Positions 35,353 through 45,064 of a stretch of DNA of 64,000 nucleotides are shown here, piece by piece (the first letter of the stretch is position 1; the number at the start of each line of letters is the position of its first letter). A program made the translations under genes and the position numbers. Location: positions 148,563 through 212,562 of the forward strand of contig JAFEBQ010000012.1 in NCBI GenBank assembly GCA_018242585.1, read 5' to 3'. The notes under the pieces were generated by a model. The model was not told where the DNA came from. It did no database searches and saw only the letters and a program-made list of their open reading frames with translations. The DNA is from Planctomycetota bacterium (lineage in GTDB: Bacteria > Planctomycetota > Planctomycetia > Pirellulales > PNKZ01).

Positions 35353-37344
35353 TTAGCGCCGCGTGCGATCAGCGCCGGCTGCCTCGATATGCAGCGGCAA
35401 ATACCGGTAATAGACCTCGAAGCAGAGCGCCCCCAAGGCCGTCGCATAGACCCGGCCGCCGTGAGCGCCCCAAGTCGGGTCAGGATCCCAACTGCCGGCC
35501 AACGATCCGTCGCGACGCTGCAGGTCGAGCAACCGTCCGGACAGAGCCTGATTCCAACGACCCCAGCGCGAATCTTGCAACTGATACAACCCTAGCGTCG
35601 CGTAGTACCAGTAATAGAAGTTGGCCGGCGACGTGCCCGGCACTTCCTCGATCACAAAGTCAGCCGCCTCGGCCAAGGACGCCGGGCTGTTGTGGGATCC
35701 CAGGAACACGCGGCAGACGAGTCCCTCGGCCGTCATGGTGCGGCTCACCTGTTCGCCGGCGCGATAACTGGCTAGTCCGCCATGCTTGCCGGTCGAAGCG
35801 CTGGCCAGGAATCGCTGCATCAATTCTCGCGTGCCTGCCCCCAATGGTATACCTGCGAGGTCCGCGCTCTTCAGAAACATCAACTGCCAGCCGAACTGGC
35901 TCATATCGCCCACGTCGCCGGCCCGGTAGCGCCAGCCGCCGGTGGCCCTATTCTGGCTAGCCACGGTGTAGGCCACGGCCCGCTGTACCGGCGCGGCCAG
36001 GCGTTTATCGCCGGTCATGGCGTACGCTTCGCTCAAGGCGAGCGCCGCCATGCCGTGACAGTACATGAACTCGTAAACCGCGGCGTGGCCGCCCAACTCG
36101 CCGCGTGGCCCTTGCATCGCGATCAAATAGTTCAGGCCGCGAGCAACTTGCGGCTGGTATTCGCCTTGGGTGTGGGTCTGGCCAGAACCCAGGAACGCCA
36201 GCAAAGCCAATCCCGTGATCCCGGTGTCGGCCTCGGCCCCCGCGCCGCGGCGGTCTTGCCCTAGCAAGTGCGGCTCTTGCCCCGCGCCAAACCGGTCGGC
36301 GTCCCAGCGGCCGTCGGGGCTTTGCGCCTTGGCCAACCAGCGCAATGCGGCGCGAACCGACGCCTCGGTGTCCTCGGAGCCGCCGCTCTGTTCGGCCGTG
36401 GCGGCGCGGTCGGGCGAGAAGCGCAGATCGTAGATGTGCGGCCGGGCGTGGTCCGGTGTGACCGGGCCAGCCGTGACTTTGGGCAGCGACGCCCCAGCCG
36501 CGCCGAGCATCTGTTTGACGAGCGGGTCGTTGGCCAGCGGCGCTGTCGGCTGCTGATTCGACGCGGTCTCAGTGGTCGGCGCTGTGGTCGTTTCAGTCGG
36601 CGCTGGTCCAGGGCGATCGTTCGGATCGATGGCCGGCGGCGGCGCGGCCGCGGTCATGGTGGGACGCAATTCCGGCGTCGTGGGGGCGGGGCCCAGGTCC
36701 GTCGGCGCAGGATCGGGCCGCGTCATCCGCGTGACGTCAGGCGCTGGCTGATCGCTCGCGGCACGCGGCAACTCGGCCGGAGTCGCCGTCGGTAAGTGGG
36801 CCGCCGTTTTTTCGGGCACCGCGGCAACGGCTGTGGCCGGCGGAGCGGGGGTACGTTCCGGAGCTTCTAGCGGCGGCAATGTAACCGTCGGCGCGGAGGT
36901 AGCAATCGCGGCAACCGATTCAACCGCCGGGCGGTGTGCCGCGGCCGGTAGTGCCAGGGCCGCGTCGGTCGTCGTCAGACGTTCGAGCGTTTGCTCCGCC
37001 AGGTGTGGAATCTCTTCGGTCGAGAATTGCTCCCAGGGTGCTTCAAGGTCGGCCCCATCAAGGCCCGATGGCTCTGATGTCCCGTGTAAAGCGACCGTGG
37101 TGTACGAAGTGCCCGTGCCGGGCGGGTTGGTGGCAATGTGAATCGTGGCGGCGTATAGCGCCAACATCAAGTGAACCAGCAGGGACAGGGCCACGCACTT
37201 GTGCAGCGGCTCGGAGTGTCCCCAGCGCGTGAGCATGAGGACGACCAGGCCCGCGGTCACCAGGCCCAAGACGCCCCACAGCGCCAGCCAACCCCAGCCC
37301 AGGTTGACGGCCAGCAAGCTCGAGATGTGCAGCGCGGTCGGCAT
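35353..37344 (-). CDS. Membrane-anchored prenyltransferase/squalene-oxidase-repeat (terpenoid-cyclase-fold) protein with a long Pro/Ala/Thr-rich linker
   Basis: The N-terminus has hydrophobic helices, followed by a P/A/T-rich segment of about 230 aa. The C-terminal repeats are ALRWLAKAQSPDGRWD, LNYLIAMQGPRGELGG, VASQNRATGGWRY and LLDLQRRDGSLAGSWD. The start is 3 nt after the ExbD stop. Confidence 0.8.
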   Translation of the reverse strand: MPTALHISSLLAVNLGWGWLALWGVLGLVTAGLVVLMLTRWGHSEPLHKCVALSLLVHLMLALYAATIHIATNPPGTGTSYTTVALHGTSEPSGLDGADLEAPWEQFSTEEIPHLAEQTLERLTTTDAALALPAAAHRPAVESVAAIATSAPTVTLPPLEAPERTPAPPATAVAAVPEKTAAHLPTATPAELPRAASDQPAPDVTRMTRPDPAPTDLGPAPTTPELRPTMTAAAPPPAIDPNDRPGPAPTETTTAPTTETASNQQPTAPLANDPLVKQMLGAAGASLPKVTAGPVTPDHARPHIYDLRFSPDRAATAEQSGGSEDTEASVRAALRWLAKAQSPDGRWDADRFGAGQEPHLLGQDRRGAGAEADTGITGLALLAFLGSGQTHTQGEYQPQVARGLNYLIAMQGPRGELGGHAAVYEFMYCHGMAALALSEAYAMTGDKRLAAPVQRAVAYTVASQNRATGGWRYRAGDVGDMSQFGWQLMFLKSADLAGIPLGAGTRELMQRFLASASTGKHGGLASYRAGEQVSRTMTAEGLVCRVFLGSHNSPASLAEAADFVIEEVPGTSPANFYYWYYATLGLYQLQDSRWGRWNQALSGRLLDLQRRDGSLAGSWDPDPTWGAHGGRVYATALGALCFEVYYRYLPLHIEAAGADRTRR

Positions 37345-37347
37345 CGG

Positions 37348-37767
37348 TTAACGTCGTTCCTGGCTCAGTCGAACCGAAATCGCCAGCTCGGAAATCCCCG
37401 CCCGCTTGCAGGCGTTGAGCACTTCGGCCACGTTCTGGAACTGTCCCTGGCCATCGCCGCGCACCAACACGCCCAGGTCGTGATATTGCGAACGGGCCGA
37501 AGCCAGCGTCGCCGTCAACTCGTCGAGCGTGACCGGCTGACGATCGATGACGATCTGGCCATCGCGATAGACGTTGACGACTTTCTTTTCGGGGGCCGGC
37601 GACAGCGCGGCATGGTCGCTCACCTGGGGCACGCGCAGCCCGAGCTTCCGCTCCAACTCGGTGAACTTGGTGCCAGCCATAAAGAAGATGATCAGCAGGA
37701 ACATCACGTCGAGCATCGACGTCAGGTTCAAGCCGGGCGCTTCGTCGACATGAGTTTTCAGCGGCAT
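37348..37767 (-). CDS. ExbD/TolR family biopolymer transport protein
   Basis: 139 aa. LNLTSMLDVMFLLIIFFM is the TM helix with the conserved Asp, and the periplasmic domain is of the VLVRGDGQGQFQNVAEVLNACKRAGI type. Confidence 0.85.
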   Translation of the reverse strand: MPLKTHVDEAPGLNLTSMLDVMFLLIIFFMAGTKFTELERKLGLRVPQVSDHAALSPAPEKKVVNVYRDGQIVIDRQPVTLDELTATLASARSQYHDLGVLVRGDGQGQFQNVAEVLNACKRAGISELAISVRLSQERR

Positions 37768-37828
37768 GGTCGTAGGCTACCGACGCGGAGGATGGATATT
37801 CGGTTCAGTGCGGCGCGCGGCAATGTGC

Positions 37829-38668
37829 CTAGGCGGCTTCGCGGCGCGAGCGGCTGCTTTTGGGCGTGGGGGTGCTTTGCAGCCCTTCGGCCGAGATGAT
37901 GTGGACCACGTCTTGTCCCAGCGAGTCGATCGCCATGACCAACTGGTCGACGCGGCTGATGAAGAACAGATAGCAAGCCAGGGCCGGAATCGCCACGCAC
38001 AAACCAGCAGCCGTGGTAATCAGTGCTTCGCTGATACCGCCGGCCAGCAATTCGGGCCGTCCCATCGCGTCGGACGAGGCGATCTCGTTGAACGCGCGGA
38101 TCATGCCAAATACCGTGCCTAGCAGACCCAAAAGCGGGCTGATGGTAGCCACGCCGTTGAATACGCGGACGTATTTGCGCAGCCCGTTGACCGTGCGTTC
38201 CCCTTGATCGAGGACCGCTTGTTCAACTTCCACACCTGGGCGACCCCACTTGCGAATCGCGGCGCCAAACACCTCGGACACCGGGCTGCGGTTTTCCTGA
38301 CACAGTTCCAGGGCTTCGTCCCGGTCGAGCTGCCCTTCGCGCAATTGGTGCAACAGCCGCTTGACGAACGGGCCAGGAATGACCCGCGACCGGCGCAGGG
38401 CCAGTCCTCGTTCGAGCGTGAACACCATCGTCAGAATCGAACAGAAGAAGATCGGAATCATCAGCACGCCGCCGGCCTGGATGATCTCGAGCAGATTCTT
38501 CGATGGAATCGAGCCGCCTGGCGCACCGTCGGCGGCCGCGGCACCCGGCGCCCCGTCGGCCAGACCGATACCCGTGTTGGCCAGCAAGATCGCCAGCGTC
38601 AGCGCCAGCGCCACGCCGTAGCGAATCAGATCCGTGCGGCGGTTGCGCGTTGGTTGTCGTGATTTCAT
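37829..38668 (-). CDS. MotA/TolQ/ExbB family proton-channel protein
   Basis: I moved the start to ATG 38668, which has GAGGAAAG about 8 nt upstream. The C-terminal block ISEALITTAAGLCVAIPALACYLFF is typical of ExbB/TolQ. Confidence 0.85.
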   Translation of the reverse strand: MKSRQPTRNRRTDLIRYGVALALTLAILLANTGIGLADGAPGAAAADGAPGGSIPSKNLLEIIQAGGVLMIPIFFCSILTMVFTLERGLALRRSRVIPGPFVKRLLHQLREGQLDRDEALELCQENRSPVSEVFGAAIRKWGRPGVEVEQAVLDQGERTVNGLRKYVRVFNGVATISPLLGLLGTVFGMIRAFNEIASSDAMGRPELLAGGISEALITTAAGLCVAIPALACYLFFISRVDQLVMAIDSLGQDVVHIISAEGLQSTPTPKSSRSRREAA

Positions 38669-38719
38669 CGCAAGGCTTTCCTCGTTTTCAAACAGACGAT
38701 GCAATTGGAGTAAAAGCGT

Positions 38720-41700
38720 TTAACGCTTCTCGCCGGGTTGCTGGCTCGATTGCAGCAGCCGGGCCGCATCGGCCTGGTAAGGTGTGTTCGGGTAGTGTTT
38801 CAACAGGCGGACATAGCTTTCGACAGCCTGGGCCGATTGGCCCAGAGCGGTGTAACATTTACCGGCTTCGAGCAGGGCGGCAGCCTGCCAGTTGGGGTAG
38901 GCGTAGAGGATTTCCACGCGCAGGTATTCGCGAAGCGCTGACTCGTAGTTCTTCTGATGAAAATAAGTCTCGCCGATCATCCATTGGGCCATGGCCGCCG
39001 TCTCGGTTCGCGCGCCCTGATCGGAACGGACTACTTGCTGAAAGGCGGTTCGGGCTTCGTCGAACTGGGCTGCCGCCGCCAGGCAGCGACCGCGCACGTA
39101 ATCCAACTCGTAACGAGGCTCGAAGTCCGGGCGCTCGGCCAGCAAACGATCGGCCAGCTCGCGGGCGTCGTCCCAACGCTTTTCCTGGGCGGCGATTTGC
39201 GCGCGACGCAGCGCCGTCATGTCGGCCGACGTATCGTGGGCCGGCTCTTTGGCCAAGGTGTCGAAGGCTGACGCGGCAGCCTTGATATCTCCCCGGCGGT
39301 ACGAACGCTCGGCCAGCCAGAATCGGGCTAGACGTGCCAGTTGTACATCGGCAGTCTGAGCGGCTAGTTGTTCGAGTGGCTCGGTTGCCTCGTCCCAGCG
39401 GCCAGCACGAATGGCGCACTGTACCAGGAGGTACTGCGCGTGACGGCGAACCGACTCGCTGGGGTTCGCGCCCAGCAACTCGCCCAGCAGTTGCGAGCTG
39501 CGCACTTCATCGCCGGCCTGCAAGGCGTGCTCAGCCAGGCGGTAGACCGCATCGTGCCAGTATTGGCTGTCGGGAAACTTGACGTGCAGTCGTTCGAGCG
39601 CGCTGTCGGCCCCCTTGGCATCTCCCGCCTGGCGACGCGCCCAGGCCAGGCCATACAGCGCCGTGTCATGCTGCGCGGCGGCCGCCGACAGATTCAGCAA
39701 TTGCTCATAGAGTCGCGCCGCGCGCTCGCTGTGTTCGAGTTGTTCTTCCAGTCGCGCCGCCGCCAGCAAGGCCGCCGGAACCCGCGGACTCGCCGGATCA
39801 CGAATCGGCACGTTCAGGTAATGCTCAATCGCGGCCGCATGTTGCGTTTGCTGCTGGGCAATGTAGCCGAGCATGAACTCGGCTTCGGCCGCCTGAGCCG
39901 CCGAACCAAGCTTGGCCGCTTCGATGAACAACGGCCGGGCTGCGTCAAGCTTGCCGGCGTGATAATGCTGCCAAGCCTGGCCCAATAGCCCCTTGCTTCG
40001 CGCACTCGGCGCGCGCTCGGGAGCGGCCAGCCAGGCGAGCCAGGTCGCGGCCTTGTCGGTTTGGTTTGTTTGTTGAGCCGCTTCGGCCAGCGCCTCGGCG
40101 GCCGGCGTCAGGCGCGCGCTTTCGACTTGCATTGCCTCCAGCGACTTCCACACCCGCTCGGCCTCGTCAAGCCGGCCGGCGTAAGCCAGCGCGACACAAC
40201 ACTGGATATCGATCGTCGCGCGGTCGGGAGTGTTGATCGCCCAGTCGGCGTCGAGCAGCTTGTGGCAAGCCGCCAGTTGTGCCAGAGCCTCGTCCCAGCG
40301 TCCCAGGTCCAAACAAGCCCCGGCCCACAGATTCAACGCCTGGGCCTGCAGGGCGCCGGCCGAATGACCGGCGACGTCGGCCGCGATTTCGCGCGCGGCC
40401 GAGGGATCGGATGGGCGCCAGATGTGGGCGGCCAAAAGCTGCCTCGCCGGCCACTGTGACACCGGCAGCGAGGGTGACTCGCCGATCTCCTGCAACCGAG
40501 CCAATGCTTCGTCGGGCCGGTGCCGTTGAATCAGGATTTGCACGTCGAGTTGATCGGCAATCGCCGTCAGGTTCGGATCGTTAACGGCGGCGCGCAATTC
40601 CTCGGCCAGCAGTTTTGTCGCGGCAAAGTCGCCGCGGCCGAGGGCCAGGTTCACGCGAGCCAGTGCCGCCGCGCAGGCTTCGGCGCTATTGGGCCAGTCG
40701 CGAGTGACCCGGGCAAAGTGCTTGTCGGCGGCGTCACGCTGGCCAGCGGCCAATAAGGCCTGGGCCGCGCCGTGGCACAAAGCCGGCGCCAAACGATGTG
40801 GCGTATGCTTTTCCAATGCGGCCAGCCAGGTGGCTGCCGCGGCCTCGGACTCCCCTTCAGCCAGCAGGATCGAACCGAGCCAGTATTGTGCGTCGACCGA
40901 AAGCGTGGACGTACCGGGAACCTCGGCCAGCGTCTGACGCGCGGTGTGGTACTTGTGCAACTGGTACAGCGATTGGGCCTGACCCAGCCGGGCGCGATCG
41001 ACGCTCGAGCTGCGCGCGAAGCGTTGCACCACGTCGGCGTAAGCGCGCTCGGCCGCGGCAAAGTCCCCCGCCTGGTAAACCATGTCGGCCTGCATCACCG
41101 CGGCGTCGTCGATTAAGTGGGACGGACCATGCCTGGCAATGTCGGCGATGAACGTCCGAGCCTCGGCCAAATGCTGCTCTTGCGATGGCTGCTCGCGTAC
41201 AAAGACTCGCGCCAGTCCCAAACGAGCGTCAGGTGCCAGCGCCCCCTTGGGAAAGCGCTCAATGGCCTGGCGATAATTTTGCTCGGCGTCCGTTAGCCGG
41301 TCGAGTTCGAGATTGGCGTCTCCCAGATAGACCAGGGCGTAAGCCGCCAGCGGGTCGTCATTCCAGCGTGCCAGCCAGGCCGACAGATCGCGTTCGGCGG
41401 CCGACCAGCGGCGGGCAAAGTAGTTCGATTCGCCGGCGCGGAACAACGCCTTGCGGGCAATCACATCGCTTTTGGTCGCGGCGGCCAACTCGTGAAACAG
41501 CTCGATCGCTTCGTCCCAGCGCCGTAGTTGCACCAAGGACTCGCCCGTGAAGAACCGGGCGTCATCGGCCAGCCGGTGCGCGGCGAACTGTTGGCTGAAG
41601 TCTTGAAACTCGGTCCAGGCCAACTGCCAGCGATGGGCCTCGTAGTGCCCGGCCGCCACGCGGTATTGATCCTCGGCCACGTCGGCGCGGGCCAGCGCGG

Positions 41701-41761
41701 CCAACAGCCAGCCGAGAATCGCGATCGCGATCGTGCGATGGTTGGCAGGCATGATCGGCAA
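38720..41761 (-). CDS. Large secreted TPR-repeat protein (1013 aa)
   Basis: Signal peptide MPIMPANHRTIAIAILGWLLAALARA, then TPR-like A/L/W/Y-rich repeats throughout. Confidence 0.8.
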   Translation of the reverse strand: MPIMPANHRTIAIAILGWLLAALARADVAEDQYRVAAGHYEAHRWQLAWTEFQDFSQQFAAHRLADDARFFTGESLVQLRRWDEAIELFHELAAATKSDVIARKALFRAGESNYFARRWSAAERDLSAWLARWNDDPLAAYALVYLGDANLELDRLTDAEQNYRQAIERFPKGALAPDARLGLARVFVREQPSQEQHLAEARTFIADIARHGPSHLIDDAAVMQADMVYQAGDFAAAERAYADVVQRFARSSSVDRARLGQAQSLYQLHKYHTARQTLAEVPGTSTLSVDAQYWLGSILLAEGESEAAAATWLAALEKHTPHRLAPALCHGAAQALLAAGQRDAADKHFARVTRDWPNSAEACAAALARVNLALGRGDFAATKLLAEELRAAVNDPNLTAIADQLDVQILIQRHRPDEALARLQEIGESPSLPVSQWPARQLLAAHIWRPSDPSAAREIAADVAGHSAGALQAQALNLWAGACLDLGRWDEALAQLAACHKLLDADWAINTPDRATIDIQCCVALAYAGRLDEAERVWKSLEAMQVESARLTPAAEALAEAAQQTNQTDKAATWLAWLAAPERAPSARSKGLLGQAWQHYHAGKLDAARPLFIEAAKLGSAAQAAEAEFMLGYIAQQQTQHAAAIEHYLNVPIRDPASPRVPAALLAAARLEEQLEHSERAARLYEQLLNLSAAAAQHDTALYGLAWARRQAGDAKGADSALERLHVKFPDSQYWHDAVYRLAEHALQAGDEVRSSQLLGELLGANPSESVRRHAQYLLVQCAIRAGRWDEATEPLEQLAAQTADVQLARLARFWLAERSYRRGDIKAAASAFDTLAKEPAHDTSADMTALRRAQIAAQEKRWDDARELADRLLAERPDFEPRYELDYVRGRCLAAAAQFDEARTAFQQVVRSDQGARTETAAMAQWMIGETYFHQKNYESALREYLRVEILYAYPNWQAAALLEAGKCYTALGQSAQAVESYVRLLKHYPNTPYQADAARLLQSSQQPGEKR

Positions 41762-41873
41762 ACATCCGGTGATTAAACGACGAAACCATGCTCCACATTT
41801 CGCGGAGCATGGTATCGGTCGAAAGCTTTCGGCAAAAGGCCGAAGCGCGGCCCGCTAGCAACGAATTGCTGGC

Positions 41874-42461
41874 TTACATGCCGGCTCCCGGGCCTTCGTC
41901 GACGTTCCCCACCATGTGCAGGTGGTTGTGGTCGATGTAGATGACTTCGCGAGAATCTTCGTCGACGTGGGTGTTGGGCAAGGGCCAGCCCACGCGGGTG
42001 ACTTGCGTGTAGTAGATGGTGCACTTGTAGTGTGCGTGGTGCTGCTGGGCCGGCCCGATCAGCGGGTACACCCGTGGCGGATCGATATAGTCGGCGATCG
42101 GCTCGATGGTCATGCGCACGTTGTTACGCTGGATTTCAAACAACAGCGGCGTGCCGCCTTGCAGCGGCTGGGCCTTTTCCAAAGCCCGCATCACTTCGTC
42201 CGGCGACGGCGGATCGAGCGCCACGGCAGGACCGCCAGCGGTGATCGGCCCCAGGATGGGCACGCGCTCGTAGCGTTCCTTGTTCCAAAATTTGTCTTCC
42301 GGAACCTTCTGCCAGTACGGGCTAACCGGGATCGGAAAGGGGAAATGGACGACCGGCGACGCCCCCAGGGTGTTGAACGGCCAGGTGCAACCACTCGAGG
42401 TGGTCAACGTAGCCGCCGCCAAGAGCAGCAAGGCGAAGGTGAATCGTTTCGACATGGGCAA
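41874..42461 (-). CDS. Lipoprotein, unknown function
   Basis: Lipobox LTTSSGC after MPMSKRFTFALLLLAAAT. 195 aa. Confidence 0.65.
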   Translation of the reverse strand: MPMSKRFTFALLLLAAATLTTSSGCTWPFNTLGASPVVHFPFPIPVSPYWQKVPEDKFWNKERYERVPILGPITAGGPAVALDPPSPDEVMRALEKAQPLQGGTPLLFEIQRNNVRMTIEPIADYIDPPRVYPLIGPAQQHHAHYKCTIYYTQVTRVGWPLPNTHVDEDSREVIYIDHNHLHMVGNVDEGPGAGM

Positions 42462-42631
42462 GCCCTTGACTCGTGAGCGGTGTGGGGACGGTTGTTCGCT
42501 AACCCCTTCGGTCGGAGAACGCTCGTTCCGGTCAGGCGTAACTATCGGCGCTGGTGGTGACGATCTTGCGGATTATTCCGAAAAATCCGGCAAAACCTCC
42601 GGCGTTGACTGCTAGCGGCCTCGGGTCGAAC

Positions 42632-42670
42632 AAAAAAGCCTCGGCCGATCTGGTGATTCGGCCGAGGCTT
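42632..42670 (-). terminator. Intrinsic terminator of the BON-domain gene
   Basis: On the minus strand, a 12-bp perfect stem (42659-42670 with 42636-47) encloses an 11-nt loop and runs into the complement of the A-run 42632-42637 (a U-run in the transcript). It starts 29 nt after the stop. Confidence 0.7.
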
Positions 42671-42698
42671 CCGTTCGTTTCACACGCGCTGACATCGT

Positions 42699-43745
42699 TT
42701 AGTGATGGCAGTGCTTGTCTTTGAAGTCCAGGAACCACCACCCGTCGTCCCATTCCAGCGTGACCTTGCGCCAGCCGAGCGGCACTTGCGGATACGGGTA
42801 GAACGGTCCGATGTACGGCCACGCGGCGGCCGAGTACTGGTTCGGATAAGTCACCGCGGCGTAGTTCGGGTACGCGGCATACGACGGCCAGGCGTAGTTC
42901 GGCATGTGGGCCTGGTCGGACATGGCGCCGGCGCCACCCATCGAGCCCGCGCCACCGTAGGCGCCGCCACCCATCCCGCCGCCAGCACCACCATTGCAGG
43001 TGGCACAGGGAACTGGACCGCCGCCCACGTAACCGTGGTGGCGAATGCCGGTCTGCTGGACGGGAACTTGCTGAGCCCCTTGCGGCACGCGACGAATCGC
43101 GTTGGTCGCCGGCGTGCTCACGGCTTGAATGTTGCTAGCGGTCTGTTGCACCTGGCCGTTCGCACGGCCTTGGCCGGCCGGTCCACGAGTGACCGGCGCG
43201 GTGGCAAAGCGGCGCGAGTTGGTCGGAGCAAACTGGGCGTTACCCGAGCCGGCCAACGGGTCGCGAGGCTCACTGTAGTTGCTTTCGGCGGCAGCCATGG
43301 TTGGCTGGCCAGCGGTGCGAGCACGCGATTCCTGGTGAGCAACGATCTGGCCAGTGGCTGGTTCGCTGATCGGCTGGGGCTGCTTGTTGTTCAGGCCCAG
43401 GAAACTCATCGTCGATTGCTTCAGCGAGCGCGGCTGGCTGGGTTGGCCAGCTTCAGCCACATTCTTGGTCGGCCGAATTTCCAAGGCCGGCACCACTTGC
43501 TTGACGTAGGGCAGTTCGCTGGCCAGCGAGACGGCCTGCTGCATTTGTTCCTGGCTGGCCACGCGGCCGCTGATCCAGGCCGTGCCGTCTTCGTATTGCA
43601 CTCCAATGCTGTAATCCGAGAGCCGGCCACTGGAGCGCAGCGCTTGTGCAATACGCTGAGCTGTTTCCGGATCGGCTGCCATCGCACCACTTGGGGCGAG
43701 GCCGGCCAGAGCGCTGAGCGCCATGCCGAGGAACAAGCGTCGCAT
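42699..43745 (-). CDS. Secreted BON-domain protein with a Gly-rich and aromatic-rich C-terminus
   Basis: I moved the start to ATG 43745, which has AAGGAGG upstream and gives the signal peptide MRRLFLGMALSALAGLAPSGAMA. The BON-like block is IAQALRSSGRLSDYSIGVQYEDGTAWISGRVASQEQMQQAVSLASELPYVKQVV. Confidence 0.75.
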   Translation of the reverse strand: MRRLFLGMALSALAGLAPSGAMAADPETAQRIAQALRSSGRLSDYSIGVQYEDGTAWISGRVASQEQMQQAVSLASELPYVKQVVPALEIRPTKNVAEAGQPSQPRSLKQSTMSFLGLNNKQPQPISEPATGQIVAHQESRARTAGQPTMAAAESNYSEPRDPLAGSGNAQFAPTNSRRFATAPVTRGPAGQGRANGQVQQTASNIQAVSTPATNAIRRVPQGAQQVPVQQTGIRHHGYVGGGPVPCATCNGGAGGGMGGGAYGGAGSMGGAGAMSDQAHMPNYAWPSYAAYPNYAAVTYPNQYSAAAWPYIGPFYPYPQVPLGWRKVTLEWDDGWWFLDFKDKHCHH

Positions 43746-44400
43746 AACCCCCTCCTTGAACGAACGGTTAGTCGCCAAAATTGTCGAGCAACGCGGCCCG
43801 GACTCTCCGGGCTGCCGCCGGCGATTGGATTCAAATCGCGCGAGCGGCGACGGGTGTTCCCGGCGCTGGCCGTGTTGTTGCCTGTCTCGCCCTATGCGGT
43901 GATCCATGCGCCGTAACTCGGCGCGGACTATCGAGGCTGCGCGTCTGGCGCGGTGGCCGACGATCGACCGTAATCACTCGCCCTGCCATTGCAGACCCGT
44001 GCGGCCTGGCCCGGCATTCAATTCGCCGCGCGATCGAGTGCTCGCCGCGCGTCGTGTTATGCCGAACTTACCGCCTGTACGGGCTAATAATGGTTTTCGG
44101 TCGCGGCTTGGACGTTTGGGAATATTTTTTTCGGATTTACCGAGTCAGCGGGTTTTACCGTGCATGCTCGGTGCGTGTCGGTGCGCAAGAGACGACGGGG
44201 ATTGAAGTTGGCTACGAAACGCCGCGCCGCATGAAACGGCAAACAGAGACGCTAGCAACCCGATGAGCGGGTCAAGAGGCAACGTGCTAGCGGCGTTAAA
44301 CTAAACGCAAGTTTCCACGCCGCGTGCTGGCGCGCCGAGATGAAACGCGCATCAACGCCCGGCGATCAACGAAACACCGGGCGGTATCTCCGCCGTGATC

Positions 44401-44685
44401 TCAGCTCACGAATTGCTTCTGCTGCGAAAAGTCCCACGTGGCGGTGAGGACCATGACGCTCAGGGTGGCGCCACACGAAATGCAGGCCCCCGGCCCGAAC
44501 GACAGTGACAGCACCGTCAACGTCGCGACCAGGCTCAGGCAGAGGAAAAACAGCCGCTGGGCGAAGCCCTGGACCGATGAGCCTTCGCTGACGCGGGCCC
44601 ACCAACCGGCGAATAGGCCGGCGACTTGGATCAGGACAAAGCCGTACAAGTACGTCTGCGCGGAGAAGGTCGGCATGCGAATCAT
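44401..44685 (-). CDS. Small membrane protein (94 aa, about 3 TM helices), hypothetical
   Basis: The in-frame ATG at 44685 has GGAG 5 nt upstream. The upstream part of track ORF 44401..45102 looks non-coding (Arg/Cys-rich, no structure). Confidence 0.45.
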   Translation of the reverse strand: MIRMPTFSAQTYLYGFVLIQVAGLFAGWWARVSEGSSVQGFAQRLFFLCLSLVATLTVLSLSFGPGACISCGATLSVMVLTATWDFSQQKQFVS

Positions 44686-44996
44686 TCGCTCCGAGAGGCA
44701 GGCGGCGCGCCAGCGACCAGAACGGCCACCGAAACGCCATTTGAGGCGGGGACGACATCCATGTCGTCGTTCGCCGCCACAATAATGCAATGACTGTGCC
44801 AATGTCACTGCTGGCATGGCGCGGCGAGCAATGCCCAGCGCGCCTCGGTCGCTGAATGAACCGCGATTTCGCGAGCGCGCCAACTTGAGCGATTTGCGAA
44901 AAGTTTTTTGTTCCGCGAGCCGCGCCTTGTAAGAGTTACAAGAAATGACGCGGGCCGTTGCGTGAACTTTGCAAAACGCGCCGAGCGTAAATGACA

Positions 44997-45030
44997 ACGA
45001 TCCGCGAGGCGTTACCGCCTCGCGGATCGT
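44997..45030 (-). terminator. Strong hairpin downstream of the thioredoxin-like gene (terminator-like)
   Basis: A 15-bp perfect stem acgatccgcgaggcg / cgcctcgcggatcgt has the loop ttac and lies 35 nt after the stop. The trailing U-run on the minus strand is only partial. Confidence 0.4.
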
Positions 45031-45064
45031 GTGCTCCCCCTGGGCAAATCGGTAACCTGCGGAT

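Noticed and set aside
42702-43916. 404-aa plus-strand ORF
   Set aside because: It is antisense to the BON-domain gene. That gene has AAGGAGG before its ATG, a signal peptide and a canonical terminator. The plus-strand product has none of these.
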